Assembly (NCBI GenBank): GCA_907165135.1
Contig: OU015566.1
Coordinates: forward strand, 6,262,001 to 6,326,000
Direction: 5' to 3'
DNA: 64,000 bases
From: Oikopleura dioica
Lineage: Eukaryota; Animalia; Chordata
Positions 33,279-46,391 of this stretch are shown piece by piece; position 1 is the first letter of the stretch; each line of letters opens with the position of its first letter. A model generated the notes under the pieces. The model searched no databases. It was not told the DNA's origin and saw only the letters and a list, made by a program, of their open reading frames with translations. The position numbers and the translations under genes were made by a program.

Positions 33279-35378
33279 TCATTGTTCGAGAGGAACAAAC
33301 ACAACTCGATTTTCTTTAAACAGTGGCAAGTAATGATCATCATCGGAGAATTTGCCGCCGCTGTAAACATTCTCGAATTCTTCAAGGTTCTGAAACGTGC
33401 CCATCTCGTTTGTTTTCAATTCAAAATGCCTAAAAAACTATTAACGATTCAGCAAACGATGCCGGCAAATCCAACTTGAGAATAATCTTTGACATGTGAA
33501 ACAGCTCAATATTCGAGAGAATCTGCCCAGGACAATCTCGACGGCCGAGGTGATACGGAACTGAAGCATCGTATTTTCGAAAGTCGCCATTTTCGTCAAG
33601 AAATCTATCGGGCACAAATTTGAAGGGGTCCTCCTTGCCGACATGAAAACCCATCGCGCCTTGAAATGATGTCTATTTCCGAGGAAAGGGGTTATTCTTT
33701 GAGTCGAAGACTCTTTCAGGTTAGGGTCTTGAGGAAGAGTGTTAAACCCAAAGATGCCCTACCTATGGCTGATCGAATGAGATCTCCCTTCTTGAACTGA
33801 ATGCCATCAACAATTGCATCTTCAGTAATTGTGTGAAACGGAGTGGACTCAGACACCGTCGGCGAGTATCGAAACGACTCATAAATTGCCGCGAAGAGAC
33901 GCGGACAATCCTTGAGTTCTTTTTGTCCAAAGTTTTTCTCTAAATCTCGATCGAGCCATTTTTAAAATAGGCAAAAAAACCTTTGAGTTCGTCGCGGATT
34001 TTTTCTTGCTCAACAGGATGCTTCGCCAGATTTATTAGAAACGTTCTGAGGGAGACAGAGACAGTATCATTTCCAGCGATAACTAACTGATGCATTGTCC
34101 AAATCGCGTCCCAGTAGTTCATCTTGCCATTTTCGACGTCATTTTCTGAAAAGAAAATAGCACCGAAAATGTCCTCTTTTTTCACCGAAAATGGAGATCA
34201 AGGAGGACTCATCTCCAACTTGATCACTTTCTGCTTTCACTTCCGCCATTATTTCAATTATCTCGTCGAGAAGCTCGCTCTGCTCCTTTATGTAATCAGG
34301 CCAGAGACTGATTGGAATGAGTTTTCGGAGAAATTTCGGCATCCATTCGAAGATCAGACTGTGCTGGTCGATCCCATCGAATCTAAAGATTAATCTTAAT
34401 TTAAAGGGACCAGCGGCGGAAAGCCACAAAATTGGATAAAAAAATTGACCAATAAAACGCCCGTATGAAGCCTCTCTGCAAATACGAGGCTCCCCTTGCT
34501 TACGCTTCAATCCCAGCTTTTCCACAACGAAGAAGTTTCTCTAGTCGTTTTGGATTTTCACGAAGATCGATTCCCATCGCGAATTTGAACATCACCACTA
34601 GAGCAATTTCCAAAAATACTGGCGCTGAATCGAACGCTTGCTTTCCGTCATTTCCTCTTCGAAGCAATTCCCGAACCATGAATTCTTCTTGATCATCAAT
34701 CGTCTCAACCCATTTGCTTTCTAGTGATTTTTTGTTCATTTTCTCGATCACTCTTTTTCTGCAAAGTTTGCCGATTTTGGTTCCATTTTCATCATTTTTA
34801 TCGAAATCGCGCATGATCCCGACGGAGATCGCAGCATCGGCTTCATGCTTCAATCCGAGGCGCTCGCGATAGTCGATTATTAGTTGATACCAGCCTCTCT
34901 TGTCGCTGTGTCCTTGAAAGCTGCTGTTTTAAGGGTCTTTCCTCGGGCTCGCGGCTTTTCATGGCCCCAAAAAGAGACCCCTTAGCTTGATTTTGTGAAC
35001 AACTCTCTTGCAAACTGAGCATCGACGACAACAAGTTGGTTGATGTTGAAAAAGAGCGAACGAAGAAGTGGATATTCAAAAACTTTTCGACCTTTTTCTT
35101 TTTCTTGAAAAGAGCTAATCATTGCCCAGAGCGGCCCATCGTCATCGACTCCTATAAAGGAATTTTCTGAATTTCAAGCGTTCATGAACAAACCTTTAAT
35201 CGGATCCACATAATGAAAACTTTCTTCTCTTTTTGTAAAGAAATATTTTATGCCAGCTAATGCTACTGGTGCGCCAAGGCCTTAATATGTTTTCTTTTCA
35301 AATTATCAATATTTTATTTAGAGAAAATAAAACATTTCCTATAAAGATAAATTTTGGCGAAAAAATAAACTCTTTCAT
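33279..35378 (-). CDS. Cytochrome P450 (clan-2-like), copy 2, inverted paralog; possibly disabled at intron 3
   Basis: Exon-by-exon homology to copy 1 (MKE...IG(I/L)GAP start, AGNDT, YESFR, VPDRF, PYHLGRRDCPG); TGA at 33279-33281. Confidence 0.88.
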
Positions 35379-35474
35379 TTTCTATGAAAAAGATTGAACT
35401 GCTTGTCCGCCGATGGCACTTCGAATGCACACAAATGTTATGTCATTTTTGCGAGGGTGTTCATGGAAGAAAAG

Positions 35475-35935
35475 AAATTTCAAGTTAGAATAACATTCAA
35501 GATGGGGCAGTAAATCTTTTGTTAAGGAAAAATAAAATCTTTTCATCAAATTTTATAAACATGGCCATTTCACATGTTTAGCTAGAAATTACAGATTCTA
35601 ACAATATCGATTTCTTTTCTGAAATCTAATTGGTAAACCGACCGAATTAACGAATCTGATTCGAAATTTGCCGAAATTTTTGGAGAAACGGTCTGAATCG
35701 ATGAATTTTGGACAAAAATTTTGGTCAAAATTTTGATAAGATTCTGAACGAATCAAATTCACGAATTCAGTCGATGAACCAATGAGATTTTTGAAAAAAT
35801 CGATTATGTGGGAACCTGTGATTTCAAGCTAGACATGTTCCTTGTCCATAGAATTCGATTAAAGATTATATCTAATATATTTCCTAGACAAGAGATTTGC
35901 TGCCCCATCTTGAATGTTTATCGAACCGTATTTCA
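35475..35935. mobile_element. Foldback/MITE-like element upstream of P450 copy 2
   Basis: AACATTCAAGATGGGGCAGTAAATCT / AGATTTGCTGCCCCATCTTGAATGTT outer IR plus inner ACATGT...AGCTAG / CTAG...ACATGT IR. Confidence 0.7.
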
Positions 35936-36434
35936 TCTTTCAGCTTTTTATTCGTTGCAAAATCATTTTCCCTGAAAGTGATACTCGATTTCTTAAAAAC
36001 GTGAATGCATCTGAGACAATCAGTCACTGACTTTCTTTACTGGTTTCTTGACTTCCGGTCTTCCCAACCCCACCTTGATATTTTCATTTCAAAATAATCA
36101 CTTGTTTGGTTCATATAATTTTGTTTCTTCAAAAATGAAACTGGCTTTTCAAATTTCGTCGAAAAAAAAGAAAACTCGAAATTTTAACGTGGCTCTTCAT
36201 CGCAATCCCTTTTAGATGGCGGGATAAAGTTCAACTTGATTTTTGGTCATCCGTGGCAAAGTGATTTGAGGCCGAAGCCGTGTGCCCCAAAGTCGGAAAA
36301 TCAAAATGCTAACAGCGCTGCGCCAAAAAGGTTAACCCGAAGAGCGCTCCTTCAAAAGGGCCACAGTAGGTTCACTTCTCTCCACAATCCTTTTTGCAGC
36401 AATATCGGGGATAACTCGAAAATTGAAAATAAAA

Positions 36435-37035
36435 ATGAAAATTTTCAGCATTTTTACTTTCCTGCTTGTAGCAATGGCAAAAGCTCAGAATAGAAAAACA
36501 GAGACGGCTCTAAAAAGAGTCGAAGATACAAGAGATGCAGCTTTACAATGGATCGACGAGGAAATTCCACAGTTCAGAAAAGCAAAGAAGCTCCGATCAA
36601 GGTAATTCTAGCGCCTCAAAATGGAACAAAATCAGCTTCAGAATCAACACCATTTCTGCTCAAATGCTGGACTCGATCGAAAACGGCTGTAAATTATCCA
36701 AAAAGGTAAGATTCGATTTCAACACTGCTTAAATTCTTGAAGGCAAGAAATGAGCAGAAAGAAGACGACTACGAAGAAGAAACTTCGGAAATCGAAAAGC
36801 GACGATTCAAGCTTCCAGCGGATCCTTGGGAGAAAACGCTCAAATTCGCCAAAAGTGGTAGGCGTGTCAATAAAATATTTCTCTCAAACTGTGTCGGATA
36901 TCAACGGTAAAAGCGGAAATTAATTTCGTCTTTTGACAAGTTTTTAGAATCGAGAAAAAATGGAATCGAGTGAGAAATGGAATGCAAAAAGCATTTATCA
37001 GAGTCAACAAGCTTGGTCCCGATTTTAACCCCTAA
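36435..37035 (+). CDS. Small secreted helical protein (stand-alone form of a lineage-type Cys module)
   Basis: Four GT-AG-spliced exons give MKIFSIFTFLLVAMAKA...ENGCK...EDDYEEE...RRF...DPW...SNCVGYQRIEKKW...*. Confidence 0.7.
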
Positions 37036-37274
37036 AAAAATGATTTTTGAAGAGTTTCTGTGCACATAAGAATAAAAAAAAATAAAAACGAACTCTATTT
37101 AACCACATGGGACAGATCGGTTAAGGAGGTGTGTAACAACTTTTCAAAAATTGCCGATTTTAGATGGCGCTCAGTTTAACTTACGCTTACATACGTCTTA
37201 AAATTAAATTTTGAAAATAAAACTTAACAAATGGACCAACTGCAATTATTTTAAGAGTTAAGGTCGTTGGTTGT

Positions 37275-38400
37275 TTATTTTTTGGCGCAAAAACCAGCAG
37301 GAACTTCAAACATAACGGGCATAACATTACTTATGACGGTTCTGATGCCTTCGTGTCTGGTTAGCTGGTCATCTTCGAAATCGAGTCGCTCAATTTTGAA
37401 CCTACTTGAAGAGGCAAATTCTGGCCCAGAGGCGATAAAAATCGAGCGATCGAGGATCAGTGCAGACCTACACGGGTCAGCCTAAAATGTTATCGAGTAG
37501 TAACTTTCGAAATTCCAAAAGAGTACATTTTTCAGATCGCCAATCTTCTTCCAAACATCATTTTGTAGAAGCCAAATTGCTGTTTGTGGATGCCAATCAT
37601 AATTTTTATAAGTGAACCCTCCCGCAAGCAAAAGACTTCCACTCGGTAGACCCATCAACACGTGATGAGATATTGAACTGATATTATATGCTGTTCGTAT
37701 AAATTAAAGATTGTAACAAAATACCTTGGGAAATAGTTCAAAGTTGACCAGCCATTGGAATTCAACGTCTCTACCCTTAAGCTTCCCGAAGGTATACGCT
37801 TCCCAGAACCTCCAACAGCTGTTGGCTTCCCTCTGTAAAGTCCGAGTCCGCCACCCAAATGTTGATCTTTTAACTCATCAGTCGGAGTCGAAGATATTCC
37901 ATCGAAAACTTCACAAATATTCTCAAACATTGAATCGAAGCAGATTAATGCTTGCAGGCCGTTTTCGATTGAAAGTGCTGCAGAACGGCTTTCAAAAGTG
38001 TGTTTCATTCGAGCGGTCAATTCTTTTAATTCACAGACTTCAAATATGGCAATCTTAATGGTTTTTCAATTTAAAATTTTGGATTTTTCTTACTCTGCGT
38101 CCATTCCATGGTCCCACTCCACCAAAAATGTAGAAAAAGTTCTTGACAAAAGCATGCTTTGCTTCGTTGAAATAGTACTTCCTTGGTGCTTTTAATGCTG
38201 CCGATGTCGTTTTTGCCCCCGGAAAAGACATCAAAATTGCTGTGTCCATGATGCCTAAATAAGGCGAGTTGTCCGCCATTACTAACATTGTCTTTAAAAG
38301 GGTATCAACATTGACAGGGTCAGAGCGATTGTTCTCGGGCGCGAGTTACGATCGACCTCGTAACAATACACGGAATTACATACCGGAATTGCCCATGTAA
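37275..38400 (-). CDS. Kelch/beta-propeller-like protein of an appendicularian-type expanded family (5' end uncertain)
   Basis: FYIFGG, ALICFD, HLGGGLGLYRGKPTAVGG, VETL...GWSTL, LLLAGG, WKKIGDL, terminal PVMFEVPAGFC*. Confidence 0.7.
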
Positions 38401-38447
38401 GATTGCGGTTAATCGTTATGAAATGTATGGCACAGTAACAAATAGGT

Positions 38448-38511
38448 ATTGGGATAGCTTAATGGTAAAGCACTCGCCTCATGAGAAAGAGGTCCCAGGT
38501 TCTATCCGAGG
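38448..38511 (+). pseudogene. Degenerate tRNA-like sequence (CAT anticodon position); tRNA pseudogene or SINE head
   Basis: D arm GCTT-AATGGTA-AAGC, loop CT-CAT-GA, GGTTCTATCC B-box-like; anticodon, T and acceptor stems do not pair. Confidence 0.45.
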
Positions 38512-38572
38512 AAAAATCCTTAAAAAATATTCGTCATTTTGCTGATGTTTGTCTAAATCTGATTATCTTGAA

Positions 38573-40034
38573 TCAAGATTCTTGATCTATCAAGAAGTCA
38601 ATGATGACATCCTTTAATTTAGGATTCGGAGAGTAACCAAAATTCTTTATTTTCGTGCAATTGTCAAACTTGAAAATCCGGATTCTGCTTTGTTTCTTAT
38701 TTTCCAGGCCGGTTATCTCGATTTTTGAGTGAGTTTTCTTTTTTCGCTTATTACCCTTTATTAGTTTTTTAAGTTGTTGCCGAAAAATCATAGGCTTAAC
38801 TGGGATTGAACTTTTCCTGAGTGATTTCAATTGTGAACCTGGGCGCTCTACACCCAGATTTTTTGACTGCAAATGTCAGTTCTTCCAAATGTTTCAAATT
38901 TGACTTGGAAACATGTCGTTCATAAAAATAGTCGGAATTAATCCAAAGCGAGTAATTTCGGTAAAATCCAAAGCTGAGAAAATTCGATCCATCAATAAAA
39001 TCAAATTCGACAATTTTAGTTTCTTCTGAAACTTGAGATTCCTTTATAAAATCGATTTCGAGATTGAAAACATCTGTTCCAAGGAATTTCATGTCGATCG
39101 TTGAAATATGTTTTAATTCTGGAAACGAGGAAAAATAGTTATCCGGGATGATTGTTTTCCAACTATAGCTGTTTGTGCGGCGAAATTGCGGCTGAGAGAC
39201 GGCATTTTTGGAGAAAGCTGGAAACACATCGTCGTGAAACGCGAACAAGGGATTACTTGTCACATGCATTCTCTTGTGCGCTTTTTGCTGAACGAGTCCT
39301 ATCTCTACATTTTCTTTCTAAGGATTGAAGACGGTTGAAGATAATACAATTGACTCGCACAATTTGAACCCACACAATTCGGCCCTTTTTTCGAATTTCG
39401 CAAAAATTAATGAAATTCGCTCATTTAGCCATCTTTGTGAATTTCTGTAAAATTTGCTTGCTCAAACGTATTTTGTAGATATATTTACGAGAAAAATGCT
39501 ATTTTTAACCTTTTTTTCTAATAAACACGCAGAATTTACGGGGATAATTGACGAAAAAAGTGAGATTTTAACATTTTTGGGCTCCAAAATTGATCTTTTT
39601 TGAAGGAGTAGCAAATTTCGGACCCGCACGATTCGGCCCTTTTTCGAAAAATCTGTAAAACAAAAAAGGTCACAATTGTGCGAGTCAACTGTAAATCAAG
39701 CGATGTGAATGCGAAAATCTTCTGCAAATTTTCAATCTTTTCCGAAATCAAATTCAATTTCAAATGTGAGATCGAAAACGTAGTTTTGGAAGAAAACTCT
39801 CTCATTATCAAGAAAACCATTTCCTAAGTACTCACATTCGTCGTTATTCGTGCCAGTCTGATCAACATAGAAGCCATCGGAAGCGAACAGCTTCGAGTAA
39901 CAGACGGAACTTCTGGGGTATTTAACCAAAGAACCAATCCATTCCCGACCAAGAGTCAAGAACAGCCCTTCTGCTTCCATCAGAACTGAGTAAAACGTGT
40001 TTGAGAGCTTTACACTCCTTGTCACTAGTATCAA
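38573..40034 (-). CDS. Uncharacterised protein fragments (one or two genes)
   Basis: Co-oriented open frames 39732-40034, 38796-39269 and 38573-38872 with globular-looking composition; no motif recognised. Confidence 0.3.
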
Positions 40035-40364
40035 AAGAAGTCTGTCGACGTTAATCTCTCTTGAGTTTAAAAATATCTAGTTTATGATTTAAAGTTGAGA
40101 GGGCCACTACAACCACTATTTGATCTAACTTGATCTCTTTTCCCCAGGTGCATCCTAAAATATTGCCTTTACGCTCTCTGATTGGTTCGTTTGGCTTACC
40201 CCGACCATCACGGAGGCTCGTCGGGAGACAAGCCAATCAGAGAGCCAATATTTCGGTAATATCCAGGGTAAAAGGATCGAGGTTTGTCAATATTTCTTTC
40301 GATTGAGCAGTGCCTCTCGAGTAAATATTTTCAGTCTTTAAATAATATACGAACAAGTATAAAC

Positions 40365-42197
40365 TCATTCCAAAGGAACCACGTGAACTGGATCCAAATC
40401 TTTTTGATCAGTAGGCAGTTCAAAACTGCTTTTTCTCCATCCTTTCTCCAATTCTTCGTCTTTCCTTATGCGGTTCAAAACAATAGTCGTCGACAATTTG
40501 ATATAATGATCTCCGAGTCTTGCGCTCATCAAATAAAAGACTCCCTTGAAGCTGATCGAGGAGACTTTCGCGTTGATATGATTGCTGGCGATGAAACCCT
40601 GGGCTTCTTCAAAGCGGTCCAAATTGTAATCGGGAGCGTAGTAGTAGCACTTGTCTTCCCTTCCAATTGGACGGCTTGAGAGGGTCAAAGATATTTGCAT
40701 TTATAAAGAGATTTATTTTATTTCCGACCATTTCAGATAACAACGACTGGAAACACTTTTGTGTCCTTTTCTTTCCGACGAATCTCAATTTGATGTGTCC
40801 CGATCGACGAGCCAAAATGGAAAACGAAAAAATTGCTATTCAAAAATTGAATTACTTTTTTATGAAAATTGCCTTACATGTTTTTATATCGGCTGCGAAT
40901 GAAAATCGGACGATTGCTAGTTTCTTCGACTATCATCAGATTTCCCTTTGCATCGACTGAATCAGGGATGGAGATATGGCCGAATTTTCTGGCGGCACCG
41001 GCACGTGGTGTTGGTGGTAGTGGTTGTGGTACTACCAAAAACTATTCTTATTTTATTTAAAGAATGAACAATTTTAACCAGAAAAATTTCCGTTGTACCA
41101 TACCGTGCCGCTTTGCCATGCTGTGCCGTTCCGCTCATATTTCTATCCCAGGACTAAATAGTGCTTGCCATCGAGAAAAGTGGCACCAATCGACTTTTGC
41201 GGATTTATGAAATAAAAATTATTTTACGATTATATTTCAAAAGATTAAAACATTCATGAGAAAACAGATCATCCACGTGAGTTGAGTTGATTTTTCTTGA
41301 AATGAGTGGACCTTTTTCCTTGCTAATATCAGATAAAATAATCTGAAATTTGTTAAATGGAGCATCGCGACTATTCCATCTTCTCGAAATCAGTCGATTC
41401 TCCGTCTCAACTTTAAAAGTTGAAGGTAAATATGTCAAACGAGAATTTTTTTAGGTTAATAATAAAAACAACTTTCCTTGAATTTTATTGCTCTTCTTCA
41501 AGTCCCAAACAGGAACTAGTGTTTGCTCATTTTGTATTTTGTCGCAGCGATAAAAGACACAAGGGCATCCCGTTTTGCAATATTTTTCAAAGGGGCAAAT
41601 TTCTCCTGCAGAGTCATGTTTTCTTGTCAATTCAAAGCAAATTATTTCGCAGCTATTGAAAGTTTTCTTCTTTCTCGATTCCAAGACAAGAGACTCAGAG
41701 CACAAATGACGGCAAATGAAACGATCTATCTTTGATTTTTCTTTGGATTAAAAATTTTTTTTTTATTTAGCAAAATCAAATTCAATGATTTAATTGCCAT
41801 GGCATAGAATTTTTTTTTCTTGCATCTTTGTTGATTTATTTCATTTTCTCTGTCTGTGAAAGAGAGGGCTGGTTCGACGGGTCTTTCTTTTAACTCGACT
41901 ACAGCTGGTCGAGTAAAAATTCTTGTTCCAATGCAATCATGAAGGAGATGCCCGCAGTAATCCATTTCGTTTGTTTTGATGCATTTTTTGAAGCCCAATT
42001 GGCAAACATCAGTCAAATAACTAGGTTGGATCCGAGCTGCAAGCATTGAATAGTAATTCGCTTAAAATCGCTTCGTTTTCAGATGATTATTTTATTTTCT
42101 TACTAATGCCGACGATGGTTCCCCAGAAAACGCATCCGAACAACATGTAAACAGCAAATTGAGGCATTGTGGCAAAACCACTAAAACAAGTGGTCAT
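40365..42197 (-). CDS. Secreted/membrane protein with N-terminal Cys-rich domain (CPFEKYCKTGCPCVFYRC) and a C-terminal beta-rich region
   Basis: Hydrophobic exon 1 with a GT donor joined in phase to ARIQPSYLTDVCQ...C...C...C; further co-oriented exons run to 40365; junctions only partly resolved. Confidence 0.45.
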
Positions 42198-42247
42198 TTT
42201 ATGTATAGCAGTATACAATATAGCGGTATGTATCCTTCTTTGAATAC

Positions 42248-43291
42248 TCACTGAAACGCGAATCTTTTCTTTGATTTCCAAAAGTTATCTCCTTCGAACT
42301 CGTCCGAGAAAAAGCCCGTGAACCGGCAGGGATTATCTTGCGGCGGAGTTTTTGTTTCTTCTCGCTCCAGTCCCTCCATTATATTCATTAGTTCCGTTTC
42401 CTTTTCACTTCTCGCATTCTCTACTCCTCTTGCAAATCTCTCTCTGAATTTCTCTATTTCTTTGATCGATCTTTTGAAGAATCCGTTTTCTGATCCGTCG
42501 TCATTGTCGTTCTCAATGTTTTTGAAGCCTTCAATGAATTTCTTTGCTTTCTGACTGGCAGTCTTCACTGTTGGCTTGACTTTGTCGATATTTGGCATAA
42601 AAAATCCTCCACCGAGGTCAATAAGCGTCTTCTTCACTGTGTTCGGTCGGAGAACCACTTGATCTTTTGCCTTCATTACAGTTCCGACGCAATGGCATTC
42701 CAAACATTTTACATTCGCCAGTGGTTCTCCCTTCGCTCGCTTCTCTAAAGATTCTTTCACCTCTTCGGATGGGAGCAGAGAAGTATGCTTTTCCTCCTCG
42801 AGCGACGTCGCCTCTTCAACGGAGACGACCGCTTCGTCGATCCTCGACCGCATGAAAAATAGACTAGATTCAACAATAAAATTGAGGAGAAATACTTTTT
42901 GTGCTTGATAAAAACTCCTCTGGTAGTAAATATTATCTTCGAAAAGAGCCCTTTTTATTCCTGTTTCCGTGCCATCACTACGCTCAATGGGCTTACTCGA
43001 AGCCGGGTTGGTATTCAAGTCAAGGTGAAATGAAGAAAAAAGTTTGACGGAGGATTTGACATTTTTACACTCCTCGCAATGCCGAAATACCAAAACCGGC
43101 AAATTTTTGGGTTTTCACTTTATTTTTAAAAATGACTTTTGGAAAGACGGCACTTCTTCTGGGCTTTGCAGTTTACGTTCTTTCGATAATTGGAGTTGAA
43201 CTTCGCCGTAAATTTGGTGACGCCTTACCATGGTAATCGCGATTTCGTAATAACGAGCAAGGATTTCATGGGGATAAAATGGTACCATCAT
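42248..43291 (-). CDS. Uncharacterised protein
   Basis: Exon MMVPFYPHEILARYY... (43291-43138) plus the 284-codon open frame 42248-43102 with a probable internal intron. Confidence 0.45.
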
Positions 43292-44115
43292 GTCGTCAAA
43301 AATAATGATCGCGCGGAAAGTATCGTAAGCAACCAGCTGGTTGAACTTTGAAATGAAATTTTGTTAACTCGACGAGAATAAAAAATTTTTTGACTAAAAA
43401 TTTGGGAATACCAGATAAAAAAGGCTAAATCTGAATTATTTAGTGAATAGAAAAGGGCTGAAAAAATGAATTGGCGAGAATAACCAAAAAATTTTGCCAT
43501 TAAAAACGGCCAAAAATCCCGTCAATAGAGGGCCGTTTTCACGAAAATGTGCCAAAAATGGTCATTTTCAAACTATTTTGCCAAAATCTTAATTGGTTAA
43601 TATTTCTTGGAGTGACTATGCAAATCTGGCGACACAAAATCTGGCTAAAATAGCGATTTAAGCAAAGTCTACCTGCATCGACCAAAAAACCCTGTAAAAG
43701 TTTTCTTTGAAATTTCGAATTTCGAATCTTTCACAGACCCTTAGTTAGGGTTCAAAGTTTCCATTGAAAAATGAAAGATTGAAGTCAATATCAAAATTTA
43801 TTCAGAAAATTCCTCTCGCAAATCACCAGCGAGTCTACCCTCTAAAATTCCCTAATAAAATTAACCTGTATGCTACTGATGCGGTCTCTCTCGAATCTCA
43901 ACCATCAGAATTTAATTTTGTTCTTCATTCTAAAGATTTTTTTTATATGAATAAGACAAAACTAAAATTATACTCAAAGCAGGCGGGTAATTCGATTACG
44001 CGTCTCTGCTCTCATCTCGCTCTTGCGCACCAAAAAACGGTACAATTTGTACCGTATAAATTCGCGTACCGTCGGTTGAGCAATCACTTGATAAAAGTCT
44101 CTTAAATATCATAAA

Positions 44116-46213
44116 ATGCAAAGATTTTTTTGGTTATTAAGTTTATCAGCTGCTTCACATTACAGAGCCGGCAGTCTACAGGTATTTTTATAAGGAAAAT
44201 TTATCCTTATTAGAAAATTATCATGTTAACGGTGGGAATACAATCTTGCTGTGTTTTTTTTCTTGAGAATTAAATTAATCTTTTGCTTAGTACCGAAAAT
44301 CAGCGATTCCTGGACGCATGGAAGTAACTCGTTACATGGGCTGGCGACGAGGCAATGGTGGCTACAATGGCTGCATTCAAACCCATATCGATGAGAAGGC
44401 AGTGGCTACTATGGGTTCGGAAACTATAAGTGGAATCGGCAATGTTCCTGCGCAGTATATTGTGACAAATATTGAGGACTCTTCATCAATCGATCAAGGT
44501 ATCTTTTTTATTTTTTCTTGAATCATGCTTTTGATCGCCATTTTTGATAACCGTATTTAAGATACGGTATTTTGACCATGTTCAATCTGAAATCAGTTCT
44601 CAAAGTTGACGATATTTTAAGCATCTCACTTCTGCTTTGGAAGCTTCACTTTTGACATCGATGTCAGCAACGTTAACGACTTCGTACACTCATATGACGG
44701 CTGCTGCACAATTACCCTGACTGTTGATGACGGAAGCACATATAGCGGAAGTTTCGGATATACAGCCTACGTCCAAGATGTTTCCAACAGCTCGCCACAG
44801 TTCATTTCGCCACCGATTTGGTACATAATGGAGGGGTGCAGCGAACAAACGTACCATGTCAATCCGATTGATCCTGAAGGAGATACTGTTCGCTGTCGAT
44901 GGTCATCTGCTTCTGAGGCTTCTGCGTTCGCGAGAAACGCCACAACTCTGAAGCAATTTTCTCTCGACGAAGAAAATTGCATTGTTACATATCATCCTGA
45001 ATTTGACGAAGTTGGACGAGGTTCAAAGCCAATCGCTCTTCAGGTCGAGGATTTTGATTCAAACGGAAACCTCCTGTAAGTTACAAGTATTTTATGCATC
45101 TTAATTTTATTTTGAAGACACTCTGTTCCGCTGGGATTTGTCAGCGTCGTTTTCACACCAGACATCACTGCTGCTCCAAACTCGTTAACGCGAACATCTT
45201 CACGAAAGAGACCTCTTTACGCTGGTCTTATGGAGGAAATTGAGGATGAAAACGACCGCCGTAGACGCTCTTCCGAAAATCCTGATTTCATGCTTTCTCG
45301 GAATATCCGATCGACCGAGCCAAATCATTGTCTTGGTCGACCATCTTTCAGTCGTCAATCACCCGCTCAAGGAGAGGAACGAATTTTCATTTGGAAAGCC
45401 GGCTTGAAAATAATAATCGACTGGGAAGTCTCCTGGAGCATTGGAGACTCCATTTACTACAATATTCCTCGATACCAATTCAGTAGTCCATCGGGAATGA
45501 CATGCACCGCTTTCAATAGTGATGGAAAAGCAGTCTGCACATGGCTGCCAACGAGCCAGCAAGCAACTCAAGGCGAACATCCTCATTGCGTTGTCGCGTA
45601 CGACTACTTCGGAAGAGCTTCTGATCGACAATGCATCACTCTGCGAGTCTTTCTTCCATGTCCAGAGGGCACCCAGCGGGTCGGTTCAAGCTGCGAATCG
45701 AGGCTTCAAAGTTGCAAAAGCGGTTTCGAGCGAAATGATGAGGGCGAATGCGTGGACATCGACGAGTGCGCTCGAGAAATGGACAACTGCTTGGCAGATA
45801 AAGAAAAATGCGAAAACGAGGAGGGTTCATATATTTGTGTTGATCTACCAATGTCCGGCGAAGATGCTCTAGCAACTCTTGAGCAATGGATCAATATGAC
45901 GGCTGAGGTGATAGATGATCACCCAAGAGTGGGAAAATTCCGAATCCGGATTTACAAACTCATTCGAAACGCCATAACAAGCTTAGATGCGAATTGCATA
46001 AGCCCTTACAATCAAGAAAAATACGGGAAAAACGATTTTGCAATTTGGATAAAACAAGCAACTAAATCAGATGATCATTGCACCCAAACTTCGAGGCTTA
46101 AGGATGGCCTCTACTCTTGGGTGGACAACTACGCCTGTTCCGACACTCGATCAAGGCGTCAAACTCACAGAATCCACAAATTCATCGAAAAAATTACTAA
46201 CCCATACTGCTGA
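44116..46213 (+). CDS. Secreted SH(Y/F)RxG-family protein (NSSPQF/DPEGD cadherin-like repeat) with furin site, Ca-binding EGF and C-terminal helical Cys module
   Basis: MQRFFWLLSLSAASHYRAGS; NSSPQFISPP...DPEGDTVRCRW...LDEENC...IALQVEDF; RRRRS; CVDIDEC...C...C.NEEGSYIC. Confidence 0.8.
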
Positions 46214-46391
46214 CATCCTGTCTCTCCAATTGGTATTTTGGTGTATTCATGAATCTTCGCTTTCTCGTTTATTTTTTTCTTTGTTTTCAATAAAAAAATG
46301 AGAATAAATCATAAAAGTCCCTCTTTTACGAATATTCATTGCTACAAATATGCTTTTTAAAAGCCTAAAACGTCTTAGACGACCTTATTAA

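Noticed and set aside
38448-38511. Functional tRNA-Met
   Set aside because: Anticodon stem has two mismatches, the T stem is broken and there is no complementary acceptor strand.
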